NCBI GenBank assembly: GCA_025774555.1
Contig: JALGVT010000004.1
Location: 12,013 to 76,012, forward strand
Direction of reading: 5' to 3'
DNA: 64,000 nucleotides
From: a candidate division LCP-89 bacterium
GTDB lineage: Bacteria > Electryoneota > B3-LCP
Shown: positions 1 to 9,524 of the stretch, in pieces
Position numbering within the stretch: the first letter of the stretch is position 1
How the letters are laid out: every line of letters begins with the position of its first letter
Notes under the pieces: generated by a model
The model's input: the letters and a program-made list of their open reading frames with translations, nothing else
Database searches by the model: none
What the model was told of the DNA's origin: nothing
Translations under genes and position numbers: made by a program

Positions 1-344
1 CCAAAGCTCGTGCCGGCAATCGAATATCGGATATTTCGCACGCAGTACAGAACTGGGCGGAAGGTAAAGGATTTTCTGTAGTTCGTGAACTCAGCGGTCA
101 CGGTGTTGGTAAAGCGCTGCACGAAGATCCTCAAATTCCGAATTTCGGTCTGCCCGGCAGGGGAGCCATCCTCAGAGAGGGGATGACTATAGCGATTGAG
201 CCGATGATCAATATGGGGGGACGTGAAGTGGTCACAGGCAGTGACGGCTGGACCGTTAGAACATTGGATAATCTGCCTTCAGCGCACTGGGAAGAGACCA
301 TTGTCGTCACAGACGGTGATCCTCTGATTTTAACACGTGCGTAA
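1..344 (+). CDS. map: methionine aminopeptidase type I, C-terminal fragment (5' end outside window)
   Basis: The frame is open from the window edge to TAA at 342-344. The translation ...ELSGHGVGKALHEDPQIPNFG...IEPMINMG...HWEETIVVTDG reads as a MetAP C-terminus. The position just before infA is the usual one. Confidence 0.85.
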   Translation, partial: KARAGNRISDISHAVQNWAEGKGFSVVRELSGHGVGKALHEDPQIPNFGLPGRGAILREGMTIAIEPMINMGGREVVTGSDGWTVRTLDNLPSAHWEETIVVTDGDPLILTRA

Positions 345-411
345 ATGAACAGTATAGATATGACTTAGCGTATTCTTAGAACTAATACAACTGTTAATAA
401 TTGAGGATCAA

Positions 412-630
412 GTGGCTAAAGAAGAAGCCATAAAAATTGATGGTTCAATATTAGAGACTCTGCCCAATGCCACCTTCCGGGTTGAGCTTGAGAATGGACA
501 TAAAGTCTTAGCTCACATCTCCGGGAAAATGCGCATGCATTTTATCAAGATACTTCCCGGCGATAAGGTGACAGTTGAGCTTTCCCCGTACGATCTGAAT
601 CGGGGACGAATAACTTATCGTTACAAATAG
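412..630 (+). CDS. infA: translation initiation factor IF-1
   Basis: The 72-aa [14 protein letters not shown]...[17 protein letters not shown] has the typical IF-1 S1-fold sequence. GTG start. Confidence 0.95.
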   Translation: MAKEEAIKIDGSILETLPNATFRVELENGHKVLAHISGKMRMHFIKILPGDKVTVELSPYDLNRGRITYRYK

Positions 631-646
631 TTACACGGAGGCTGAG

Positions 647-760
647 GTGAAAGTTCGCTCATCAGTCAAAAAAATGTGTGATAAATGTAAGATCATTCGA
701 CGTCATGGAAAAGTCCGAGTGATCTGTGTGAATCCAAAACACAAACAGCGTCAGGGGTAA
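647..760 (+). CDS. rpmJ: 50S ribosomal protein L36
   Basis: A 37-codon ORF below the ORF-track cutoff: GTG at 647, [40 protein letters not shown] at 758-760. A GGAGG Shine-Dalgarno sits upstream. Confidence 0.9.
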   Translation: MKVRSSVKKMCDKCKIIRRHGKVRVICVNPKHKQRQG

Positions 761-782
761 TTCCCCGTTATATGGAGGTTTT

Positions 783-1151
783 GTGGCACGAATTGCTGGT
801 GTCGATCTGCCCAAAGACAAGCGAATCGAAATTGCCCTGACATACGTCTATGGCATAGGGTCTACTACTGCGCAACAGATTATTGAGAAGACAGGCATCA
901 ATCCGGATATCCGCGTGAATTCGTTGAGCGAATCAGATGTGCATACTCTGAACGCCTATATTCAGGATAATTGCAAGGTTGAAGGTCCTCTCCGCAGCGA
1001 GACGATGATGAATATCAAACGTCTGATGGATATCGGCTGTTACCGCGGTCTGCGTCACCGTAGAGGGCTTCCCTGTCGTGGTCAGAATACTAAAAATAAT
1101 GCCCGCACACGTAAGGGCAAGAAACGCACATCCCCTGCACGTAGAAAATAA
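783..1151 (+). CDS. rpsM: 30S ribosomal protein S13
   Basis: [26 protein letters not shown]... is the canonical S13 N-terminus. It sits in the alpha-operon order. Confidence 0.95.
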   Translation: MARIAGVDLPKDKRIEIALTYVYGIGSTTAQQIIEKTGINPDIRVNSLSESDVHTLNAYIQDNCKVEGPLRSETMMNIKRLMDIGCYRGLRHRRGLPCRGQNTKNNARTRKGKKRTSPARRK

Positions 1152-1165
1152 CATGGAGAAGAGCT

Positions 1166-1549
1166 TTGGCTAAACCGAAAAGAAAGCCGAAGAAAGAAAA
1201 AGTGGACGCGGTCGGCGTGGCTTATATCAAAGCGTCCTTTAACAACACAATCATTTCACTGGCAGATGTTTATGGAAATGTCGTTGCTTCTTCTTCAGCT
1301 GGTCAAATGGGTTTTAAGGGTTCGAGAAAAAACACCCCGTTTGCTGCACAGCAGGCTGCTGCTACTGCTGCAAAAGCCGCTTTGGATCTGGGGATGAGAA
1401 AAATCGACGTCAGGGTGAAAGGTCCCGGCTCCGGCAGGGATTCCGCCATCCGTTCACTTCAGGGAGCCGGTTTGCAGATCACCTCAATTCGTGACGTCAC
1501 TCCCATTCCCCACAACGGTTGCCGTCCAAGAAAGAGGCGCCGCGTTTAA
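1166..1549 (+). CDS. rpsK: 30S ribosomal protein S11
   Basis: ...[20 protein letters not shown]...SSAG..GFKGSRK.TPFAAQ... is an S11 signature. Confidence 0.95.
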   Translation: MAKPKRKPKKEKVDAVGVAYIKASFNNTIISLADVYGNVVASSSAGQMGFKGSRKNTPFAAQQAAATAAKAALDLGMRKIDVRVKGPGSGRDSAIRSLQGAGLQITSIRDVTPIPHNGCRPRKRRRV

Positions 1550-1567
1550 CTAAGGAGCATAGAGTCA

Positions 1568-2197
1568 ATGGCGAGATATACAGGACCGGTTTGTAAGCTA
1601 TGCCGCCGCGAAGGCGATAAGCTATTCCTAAAGGGAGAGCGTTGCGCATCCGGTAAGTGTGCCTTTGAAAGAAGAGAGACCCCGCCCGGACAACATGGGC
1701 GAAATCGCCGTTTTAAACGATCTGAATACGGACTCCAACTGCGCGAGAAACAAAAGATTAAGCGCATCTATGGATTGCAGGAGAAACAGTTCCGGAATTT
1801 CTATGAAAAAGCCGTTCACCAGAAAGGCATCACCGGACAGTTGTTCTTAACGATGCTGGAATCCCGGCTGGATAATATCGTTTATAGGCTCGGATTCGCT
1901 CCATCGCGCCGCACTGCGCGGATGCTTGTCTGTCACAGGCATGTCGTGGTAAACGATCGTATAGTCGATATCCCTTCTTATCGTTTAATGCCCGGGGATA
2001 CGATTAAAATCAGAGAGAGATCCCGCAAGATGTCCCTGATACACGATGCGATGAAACGGGTTAAAGAAGGGAAACTGGTTCCCTACGTACAATTGGATAA
2101 GGCGCGGTTGGAAGGCGTTTTCATTAACTATCCCACCAGGGAAGCAATCCCGATTCGTGCCAACGAACAAATGGTCGTAGAACTTTACTCAAAATAG
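1568..2197 (+). CDS. rpsD: 30S ribosomal protein S4
   Basis: MARYTGPVCKLCRREG.KLFLKGERC... and the S4 domain match S4. Confidence 0.95.
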   Translation: MARYTGPVCKLCRREGDKLFLKGERCASGKCAFERRETPPGQHGRNRRFKRSEYGLQLREKQKIKRIYGLQEKQFRNFYEKAVHQKGITGQLFLTMLESRLDNIVYRLGFAPSRRTARMLVCHRHVVVNDRIVDIPSYRLMPGDTIKIRERSRKMSLIHDAMKRVKEGKLVPYVQLDKARLEGVFINYPTREAIPIRANEQMVVELYSK

Positions 2198-2218
2198 TAT
2201 ATCCCGGAGGCGATATTC

Positions 2219-3217
2219 ATGAACGGCTCCAATTTTCAGATGCCCGAAGGAGTAGAGTTGGACGAGGCGACGTACTCGACAACTTATGGGCGGTTTATAG
2301 TACAGCCATTGGAACAGGGCTATGGGATCACTGTAGGCAACATGATGCGTAGAGTCCTGTTGGCTTCGTTGACTGGCGCTGCAATAGTATCGATGAAAAT
2401 CGATGGTGTTTTGCACGAGTTTACTGCTATACCCGGGGTGAAAGAAGACATCGCCGATATAGTGTTGAACTTAAAGGCAATCCGCATCAAACTGATGAAT
2501 CGGAAGCCCGATAAGGTGTTTCTTCATCTCAAGGGCGCGGGAGTTTTTACTGCCGCTGACATTCAGAAGGGGAACACCGATTTCGAGATCCTCAATCCCG
2601 AGCAGCATATCGCAACGCTCGATGATGATTCTGATTTCAATATAGAACTGGAGATTCGCAGGGGGCGGGGTTATATTACTGCGGATGAAAACCGCGTACC
2701 CGATCAACCGATTGGAACTATCCCGATCGACGCGATCTATTCTCCGATAAGGAATGTCACCTATACCGTTGAGAACACCAGAATTGGACAGCGCACGGAT
2801 TATGATAAGCTCATTTTAGAAATCACTACCGATGGATCGGTAACGCCTGATGATGCTCTCTCCATAACTGGCAGAATCCTTAAAGAGCACATTCAACTCT
2901 TCATTAACTTCGATATCAAAGCTAAAGAGGATGAGGGCAGTCAAGAGATCGATGAAGAAGCGCTGCGCATAAAGAAACTCCTGAAGAAATCAGTAGATGA
3001 ACTCGAACTATCTGTTCGTAGCGCCAACTGTTTGAAGGAAGCGAAGATACGCATTATTTCCGATCTGGTTGCCAAGGATGAAGCCGAGATGTTGAAGTTT
3101 AAGAATTTCGGCAGAAAATCGCTGACCGAACTTACTGAGATACTCAAGGAGCATGGCTTGGAGTTCGGCATGGATATAGAACGTTACCTGGGATCTGACA
3201 CAAAGCGGCATTTATAA
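2219..3217 (+). CDS. rpoA: DNA-directed RNA polymerase subunit alpha
   Basis: 332 aa with an N-terminal dimerisation domain and a C-terminal domain (...LELSVRSANCLK.A.I..I.DLV...). It sits between rpsD and rplQ. Confidence 0.95.
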   Translation: MNGSNFQMPEGVELDEATYSTTYGRFIVQPLEQGYGITVGNMMRRVLLASLTGAAIVSMKIDGVLHEFTAIPGVKEDIADIVLNLKAIRIKLMNRKPDKVFLHLKGAGVFTAADIQKGNTDFEILNPEQHIATLDDDSDFNIELEIRRGRGYITADENRVPDQPIGTIPIDAIYSPIRNVTYTVENTRIGQRTDYDKLILEITTDGSVTPDDALSITGRILKEHIQLFINFDIKAKEDEGSQEIDEEALRIKKLLKKSVDELELSVRSANCLKEAKIRIISDLVAKDEAEMLKFKNFGRKSLTELTEILKEHGLEFGMDIERYLGSDTKRHL

Positions 3218-3267
3218 GAAGCGCATTGCGCTGTATATCGCTTAGTCATTAGCATTTAAAACCACTC

Positions 3268-3729
3268 ATGAGACATAATAATTCCAAAGTACACTTGAAT
3301 CGCACCGCCAGTCATCGCAAAGCGCTCTTTGCCAACATGGCTTGTGCTTTGATTCAGGAGCGACAGATTCATACGACACTGGCGAAAGCCCGCGCCATAC
3401 GTCCTTTCGTTGAGAGAATGATTACTTTTGCCAGAAAAGGTGATCTATCAAGCCGGCGGCACGTTTTGAAACATCTGCGACACAAGGACACGGTAAAGGT
3501 TCTTTTCGATGAAATTGGACCTTTCTTTGCCGAACGAAATGGCGGATATACCAGAATACTAAAACTCGGTCAGCGCCGTGGAGATGCTGCTCCCGTGGCA
3601 ATTCTGGAACTGGTCGATCGAGAGGCTATTGGCGGAGGAAAATCGAAGAAGAAGGAAGGTTCAAGTAAGACGGATAAGAAAAGAGATAAGAAGAAGGTGA
3701 AAAGCGAAACCCCCGCCGATCAATCCTGA
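3268..3729 (+). CDS. rplQ: 50S ribosomal protein L17
   Basis: MRHNNSKVHLNRTASHRKALFANMA... is typical L17, here with a Lys-rich C-terminal tail. Confidence 0.95.
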   Translation: MRHNNSKVHLNRTASHRKALFANMACALIQERQIHTTLAKARAIRPFVERMITFARKGDLSSRRHVLKHLRHKDTVKVLFDEIGPFFAERNGGYTRILKLGQRRGDAAPVAILELVDREAIGGGKSKKKEGSSKTDKKRDKKKVKSETPADQS

Positions 3730-3757
3730 TGAGGGGGGTTGGTAAGCATTCTTTAAT

Positions 3758-3790
3758 ATAGCAACTCCTCGGAGTTGCTATTCTTATTTT
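3758..3790. terminator. bidirectional intrinsic terminator between rplQ and the convergent HD-GYP gene
   Basis: An ATAGCAACTCC/GGAGTTGCTAT stem of about 10 bp is followed by TCTTATTTTT. Confidence 0.5.
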
Positions 3791-4959
3791 TAGTTGAAGA
3801 CCAATTCTAATCGGGCTGTCTTATCTTCTGCTAATGAAATCAGCGAAGGCGGCAGCGCGTTTCCCCGGTTATCCCTTGTCAGAACAATATCCGCTTGATA
3901 AGGCATGTCTGAATTTGTCTTTTGTACTACGCCATGGCAATTAATCATGGCGGGATTGGAACACTTCACTATTTTTACATTGCAGCCGACAGGAAGGATC
4001 TGGACGACCTTTGCGAGCATACTCACGACGTGGTGATTGAATTCAAAGGTGCTTCTATTTATTAAGTTTTGAATTGCTTCTTCAGGAGTCAAGGCGGGCT
4101 TAAATATCCCCGAAGTCAGGACGTCATAGGCGTCTGCTACGCTGATAATCTCGGCAAGACGGTATATTGTTCCACTCTGGTAAGTGCTGCCGGGACCTGG
4201 CGCTTTGTTGTAGCCTATCAGTCCTTCCGGGAATCCTTTCCCGTCCTGTCTTTCGTGATGCTGCATGATGGCAGCGCTTTCATTGTAGTGGTTGCTGCCA
4301 CTTTCAAGAACAATTAAACTGCCAATAGCTGGATGATCTTCGTAATACGGGTGATCAGGAGAAACGTTTTTTTCACCGGGTTCAGTAAGCAGCGTTTTGC
4401 CAACGTCATGAAGCATCGCTGCCAGCCCTAACTGCTTAAGCTCTCTGTAGATAAATCTGAAGTTTATACCGAGCAAGACGGAAAGCAGCATTGTGTCCAT
4501 TGCATGCTGGACCTGATATTTGCTTTGTGTTTTAAGTAGAAGACAGGGGAGTTCCGTGGCGTATTGGCTGGTGAGTTCTTCTACGACATTAGCGACCTTA
4601 TGCTGGAATTTTTGTAGTTGTAATGTGTTTTTCAGTTCGGGATGCGCGTTCAGGCTGTCCTCTATCGACCCATCGAATTCCTGAATTGTGGAGCCGAATT
4701 CAATTAACGTATCAAAACATTCGTCAATGAGCGTTTCAGTTTCCGCACGGAGGACAGCATCGACAATTTCCGGTGGATCTACGCTCTCGAAACCCGGTAA
4801 ATCGATATAGGCGCCCGGGAAATCAAGTTCCCTGAGTCGATCGATGAATCCCCTATCAAGCTCCTTTCCACTTGCAAGAAGGATTCGCCCTTTCGATCCA
4901 TGTACGGGTCGACCGAGGATCATACCCGGCTGGAGTTCACTTAAAACACAATATTTCAT
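3790..4959 (-). CDS. HD-GYP domain protein (putative c-di-GMP phosphodiesterase)
   Basis: Motifs ...AAMLHDVGK... and ...HHERQDGKGFPEGL... match HD-GYP. Confidence 0.8.
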   Translation of the reverse strand: MKYCVLSELQPGMILGRPVHGSKGRILLASGKELDRGFIDRLRELDFPGAYIDLPGFESVDPPEIVDAVLRAETETLIDECFDTLIEFGSTIQEFDGSIEDSLNAHPELKNTLQLQKFQHKVANVVEELTSQYATELPCLLLKTQSKYQVQHAMDTMLLSVLLGINFRFIYRELKQLGLAAMLHDVGKTLLTEPGEKNVSPDHPYYEDHPAIGSLIVLESGSNHYNESAAIMQHHERQDGKGFPEGLIGYNKAPGPGSTYQSGTIYRLAEIISVADAYDVLTSGIFKPALTPEEAIQNLINRSTFEFNHHVVSMLAKVVQILPVGCNVKIVKCSNPAMINCHGVVQKTNSDMPYQADIVLTRDNRGNALPPSLISLAEDKTARLELVFN

Positions 4960-5075
4960 TGTGACCAGTTTGTCGATAAATAATGCCCAACAGTGAAAAT
5001 AACAAATCCAGTGAGATAAGTCAAGCAGTTTCTTTTATAATATAGAGTAGCATACTGTTTTAATTATTTAGTAAC

Positions 5076-6872
5076 ATGAAACGCACCAGGAATTTCAGCA
5101 TAATAGCGCATATTGATCACGGAAAGTCCACTCTGGCAGACCGCCTGCTTGAATTGACAGGGACAATCTCTGCACACCAGTCCCACGGTCAGGTTCTTGA
5201 TGATATGGATCTCGAGCAGGAGCGCGGCATCACGATTAAAGCGCATGCCGTCTCCATGAAATATGTCGATGAGGAGTTGGGAGAATTTACCCTGAACCTG
5301 ATCGATACACCCGGTCATGTCGATTTTACCTATGAAGTCAGCAGGAGCCTGGCTGCATGTGAAGGGGCATTGCTCATCGTTGACGCTACGCAGGGGATCC
5401 AAGCGCAGACTTTATCCAACCTTTATCTCGCCATTGAACACGACCTCCAGATTATACCGATTATCAATAAAATTGATCTGCCATCAGCTCAGATTGAGGA
5501 GACGTCAGCCACATTAGTTGACCTTATCGGCTGCGATCCGGATGAGATTATATGCATCAGCGCTAAAATGGGAGACGGTGTGCCCGAAGTGTTGAAAGCT
5601 ATCGTGAGGATGATCGACCCGCCTTCGGGTGATCCTGAGGCTCCGCTGCGCGCCCTGATTTTCGATTCGATATTCGATACTTATCGCGGCGCTGTTCCCT
5701 ATATCCGCGTATTTGATGGGACCCTCGAACAGGGGATGCCGATCCGCTTTATGAGCAGTAATAAGGGGTATATGGCGGAAGAGGTCGGACACCTAAGCTT
5801 AAAGCGAGTGGTCACAAAGAGTTTGAGCGTCGGTGATGTGGGTTATGTTATTCCCGGCTGCAAGATGATCCGTGAGACCAGAGTGGGGGATACCATTACA
5901 GGCTCTAAGGATCCGGCAAGGGAACCTCTGCCGGGATTCAAATTGATTAAGCCGATGGTGTTCGCCGGGCTATATCCAACTAACACAGAGGATTACGCCG
6001 ACCTGCGCGATTCGCTGGAAAAGCTCGCGCTGAATGACGCTGCCTTCACCTGGGAGCCGGAAACGTCGATTGCTCTGGGATTTGGCTTCCGCTGCGGTTT
6101 CCTGGGTATGCTGCACATGGAAGTTGTTCAGGAGCGGTTAGAACGGGAATACAATCTCGATTTGATCACCACACTGCCCAACGTCGAATACCGGGTTACG
6201 ACTGAGAGTGGAGAGGTGATGAAGATAGATAATCCCGCTAAAATGCCGCTGATCAGCCGCCAGATGATCGTTGAAGAGCCATTCATTAAAACTGAGATTA
6301 TGACACCGACCGATTACATCGGTCCGATCATGAAACTGTCACTCGAACGCCGCGGTGAGTATAAAACGACAGAGTATCTTGATGGGAGTCGTGTGAATAT
6401 CAAGTTCGATTTTCCATTAACAGAGGTCATCTATGATTTCTATGACCGCCTCAAATCGATCTCACGCGGATATGCCTCGTTTGATTACGAATTTGAAGGG
6501 ATGCGCCCGTCCAATATGCAGCGGTTGGACGTCCTGCTCAACGGTGAACCTGTCGATGCGCTTTCCGTTATTGTCCATCAGGATAAAGCCTATGAATGGG
6601 GGCAGCGTTTGACCAGGAAATTGAAAGTAGTGATACCGAGACAGCTTTTCGCGGTAGCTATTCAGGCTGCGGTTGGATCGAAAGTCATTGCCAGAACCAG
6701 CGTCAAAGCTCTACGCAAGAACGTAACGGCGAAATGTTATGGCGGGGACATCACCAGGAAAAGAAAATTACTGGAAAAACAGCGTGAAGGGAAGAAGCGG
6801 ATGAAACAGATCGGAACGGTTGAGATCCCTCAGGAAGCCTTCCTCGCGCTTTTGAAAGTTGACGAAGACTGA
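5076..6872 (+). CDS. lepA: elongation factor 4 (LepA)
   Basis: [34 protein letters not shown] and the LepA-specific C-terminus are present. 598 aa. Confidence 0.95.
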   Translation: MKRTRNFSIIAHIDHGKSTLADRLLELTGTISAHQSHGQVLDDMDLEQERGITIKAHAVSMKYVDEELGEFTLNLIDTPGHVDFTYEVSRSLAACEGALLIVDATQGIQAQTLSNLYLAIEHDLQIIPIINKIDLPSAQIEETSATLVDLIGCDPDEIICISAKMGDGVPEVLKAIVRMIDPPSGDPEAPLRALIFDSIFDTYRGAVPYIRVFDGTLEQGMPIRFMSSNKGYMAEEVGHLSLKRVVTKSLSVGDVGYVIPGCKMIRETRVGDTITGSKDPAREPLPGFKLIKPMVFAGLYPTNTEDYADLRDSLEKLALNDAAFTWEPETSIALGFGFRCGFLGMLHMEVVQERLEREYNLDLITTLPNVEYRVTTESGEVMKIDNPAKMPLISRQMIVEEPFIKTEIMTPTDYIGPIMKLSLERRGEYKTTEYLDGSRVNIKFDFPLTEVIYDFYDRLKSISRGYASFDYEFEGMRPSNMQRLDVLLNGEPVDALSVIVHQDKAYEWGQRLTRKLKVVIPRQLFAVAIQAAVGSKVIARTSVKALRKNVTAKCYGGDITRKRKLLEKQREGKKRMKQIGTVEIPQEAFLALLKVDED

Positions 6873-6991
6873 AAGAAAAATTATCTTGCACGGCAGCGTC
6901 TTAGTTGTATACAATCCGGCGAATTCTGGAACTGGATAAGCCGTTGTAAAGTTGAAGAGAAGTAAATGCCAATTATTTCAGGTGTCTGATT

Positions 6992-7768
6992 ATGTGGGAA
7001 ACGATTGTAAAGGGTTGGAAAGCTTATCGCGGCTGGGTTAAACGCCGCAAAGAAAAAAGAATAGCGCGTCGCAAAGCGAAGGGATTTGTGCGTGACTGGC
7101 TCGAGTTTATCGTTACGCTGACAATTATGGTATTTTTCATCCGCACTGCCGTTGTTGAAGCCTACAGGATACCGTCAAGTTCCATGGAGGATACACTGCT
7201 CATCGGGGATTTTCTAATGGTTAACAAATTTCTCTACGGAATTCGCACTCCGGACTGGATAGGCATCCCATTCACTGAAATCGGTTTTGACATTCCGCAT
7301 ACACGTACACCCGGACTGCGTGAACCGCGACGCGGCGATGTGATAGTTTTCAAGTATCCCAGAGATCCATCTGTGAATTACATTAAGCGCTGTGTTGGGC
7401 TGCCTGGAGATACCTTGGAAATCAGAGATAAAATAGTGATGATAAACGGTAAACCTTTTCCCGATCCAGCCGAAGCTAAATATACAGATTGGCGCATCGA
7501 ACCAGCCGGGGTAAAAGAGAGGGGTATATATCCCCCGGGCGCTGGGAACCGGGATAATTACGGACCGATTATCATACCTGATGGCAACTACTTTATGATG
7601 GGTGACAACCGGGACAACTCATCGGACAGCCGCTACTGGGGTTTTCTTCCGGAAGATGCTATCTTAGGCAAAGCGTTGATCATCTACTTCTCATGGGATA
7701 AATATGTGCCGTTTTACCGCTTTTATGATTCCATACGCTGGAAGAGAATTGCTTCGCTGATCCATTAA
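6992..7768 (+). CDS. lepB: signal peptidase I
   Basis: A TM segment is followed by IPSSSMEDTL (catalytic Ser box), KRCVGLPGD (Lys box) and GDNRDNSSDSRYWG. Confidence 0.9.
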   Translation: MWETIVKGWKAYRGWVKRRKEKRIARRKAKGFVRDWLEFIVTLTIMVFFIRTAVVEAYRIPSSSMEDTLLIGDFLMVNKFLYGIRTPDWIGIPFTEIGFDIPHTRTPGLREPRRGDVIVFKYPRDPSVNYIKRCVGLPGDTLEIRDKIVMINGKPFPDPAEAKYTDWRIEPAGVKERGIYPPGAGNRDNYGPIIIPDGNYFMMGDNRDNSSDSRYWGFLPEDAILGKALIIYFSWDKYVPFYRFYDSIRWKRIASLIH

Positions 7769-7787
7769 ACGGGAGGAATTCGGAAGC

Positions 7788-9419
7788 ATGAATGCTATCC
7801 CTCTGGTCATCATCTCGGCTGTACTAATACTCATTGCATATATAACTTACGGGCGCTTTATCGCCCGTAAGCTCGGTTTGGACCCTAAAAGGGAAACACC
7901 AGCACATTCACTGCGGGATGATGTCGATTACGTTCCTGCCAAAGCGCCGGTTCTGCTGGGGCATCATTTTGCCAGCATTGCCGGAGCCGGTCCGATTGTC
8001 GGACCGATCTTCGCGGCAGCTTTCGGATGGCTGCCGGTTCTGCTCTGGCTTCTGATAGGCGGCATTTTCATCGGCGCAGTGCATGACTTCAGCGCCCTGA
8101 TGGTTTCTGTGAGGCACAAAGGTTGTTCTATCGGTCAGGTCATTGAAGAGCAGATAGGCGCCAGAGGGAAGTTCTTTTTTTTGATCTTCTCCTGGTCGGC
8201 GCTGATTCTGGTAGTAGCGGTTTTCACGATTATCGTCGCGCAGACCTTTGTAAAAGTCCCCTCAGCCGCGACGTCATCTATCCTGTTTATCATCCTCGCG
8301 ATTGTTTTCGGTTTCGGCGTTTATAACCGGGGAGTCTCTCTCCTGCCTGCATCGATAATCGGCGTAGTCTGCCTTTCAGGGTGTCTGATAATCGGGCTGA
8401 AATTCCCACTTGAACTTTCCTATAATACCTGGGTATATCTCCTGCTCGGATATATTTTTATCGCTTCTGTTACCCCGGTGTGGATTCTATTACAGCCGCG
8501 CGATTACTTAAATTCCTTCCTTCTTTATGCCGTTCTCATTGCAGCGGTGGCAGGTCTGATTATAGCTTCACCCACAATTCAGATGGATGCGTTTTCCGGC
8601 TTCTACGATGAAAAGCTCGGCTACCTGTTCCCGGTGCTGTTTGTTACCGTAGCATGTGGAGCGGTCTCCGGTTTTCACTCACTGGTCGCTTCCGGTACCA
8701 CCGCCAAACAGCTCAACAGCGAACGGGATGCGAAACTGATCGGATACGGCAGTATGCTGATCGAAACTATCCTCGCTGTGATTGCCCTGGTGACTGCGGT
8801 GATAATGGTACGATCAGATTATATGGCTATGCTCGAAAGCGCCGGACCGGTTGCCGTCTTCTCTTCCGGCGTGGGCGGTTTCATGACGCACCTCGGTTTT
8901 TCCAGGGAGACCGGCACCAGTTTCGTCGCCTTAGCAGTTTCGGCGTTTGCGTTGACTTCCTTAGATACAGCGACGCGGCTGGCGAGATTTGCATTCCAGG
9001 AATTCTTCAAAACTGACGAGACAAAAACGATCCGCAGGACACTGCATAAGAATCGTTTTCTGGCGACCGCTATTACAGTATTCGTTGCCGCGCTGCTCGT
9101 TTTCTCCGGTTCAGGCATGGCGATCTGGCCCATTTTCGGATCGGCGAACCAGTTATTAGCCGCGCTGACCTTTCTGACCATCGCAGTCTGGATGATCAGG
9201 CAGGGCAAGTCAGCGAAGTTCGCCTTATATCCCATGATTCTGATGTTTGCGGTGACTGTTACAGCGTTGTGGCAGTTGGTCTATAAATACTACCAGTCGG
9301 GTGGGTATGTGCTGGCATCTGCGGGGTTGCTGCTCTTGATTCTGGCGATATTTTTAGTGATCGAGGGATACCGGAGCGTGAAGAGGGGGAAGGTTAAGCG
9401 GGAGGTGGAGGTTAGCTGA
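7788..9419 (+). CDS. cstA: carbon starvation protein A family transporter
   Basis: A 543-aa polytopic membrane protein. The N-terminus ...YGRFIA.KLG.D......PA....D..DYVP....VL.GHHFASIAGAGPIVGP is typical CstA. Confidence 0.85.
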   Translation: MNAIPLVIISAVLILIAYITYGRFIARKLGLDPKRETPAHSLRDDVDYVPAKAPVLLGHHFASIAGAGPIVGPIFAAAFGWLPVLLWLLIGGIFIGAVHDFSALMVSVRHKGCSIGQVIEEQIGARGKFFFLIFSWSALILVVAVFTIIVAQTFVKVPSAATSSILFIILAIVFGFGVYNRGVSLLPASIIGVVCLSGCLIIGLKFPLELSYNTWVYLLLGYIFIASVTPVWILLQPRDYLNSFLLYAVLIAAVAGLIIASPTIQMDAFSGFYDEKLGYLFPVLFVTVACGAVSGFHSLVASGTTAKQLNSERDAKLIGYGSMLIETILAVIALVTAVIMVRSDYMAMLESAGPVAVFSSGVGGFMTHLGFSRETGTSFVALAVSAFALTSLDTATRLARFAFQEFFKTDETKTIRRTLHKNRFLATAITVFVAALLVFSGSGMAIWPIFGSANQLLAALTFLTIAVWMIRQGKSAKFALYPMILMFAVTVTALWQLVYKYYQSGGYVLASAGLLLLILAIFLVIEGYRSVKRGKVKREVEVS

Positions 9420-9464
9420 TATGATCCTTTTTTATACAAAACCTTCTTCTGTAAAATATTGCGC

Positions 9465-9493
9465 TTGACTTGGGTGAGTATTTGTATTATCTT
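9465..9493 (+). promoter_or_regulatory. sigma70-type promoter (TTGACT-17-TATCTT)
   Basis: The hexamers have a 17-nt spacer and lie 32 nt upstream of the 9525 start. The same architecture recurs in this window. Confidence 0.45.
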
Positions 9494-9524
9494 TGTGGGC
9501 AGATGATAAAAATCAGGAGGAGGC

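Noticed and set aside
933-3211. Antisense and alternate-frame ORFs inside the ribosomal protein and rpoA genes.
   Set aside because: They are shadow ORFs within highly conserved genes.
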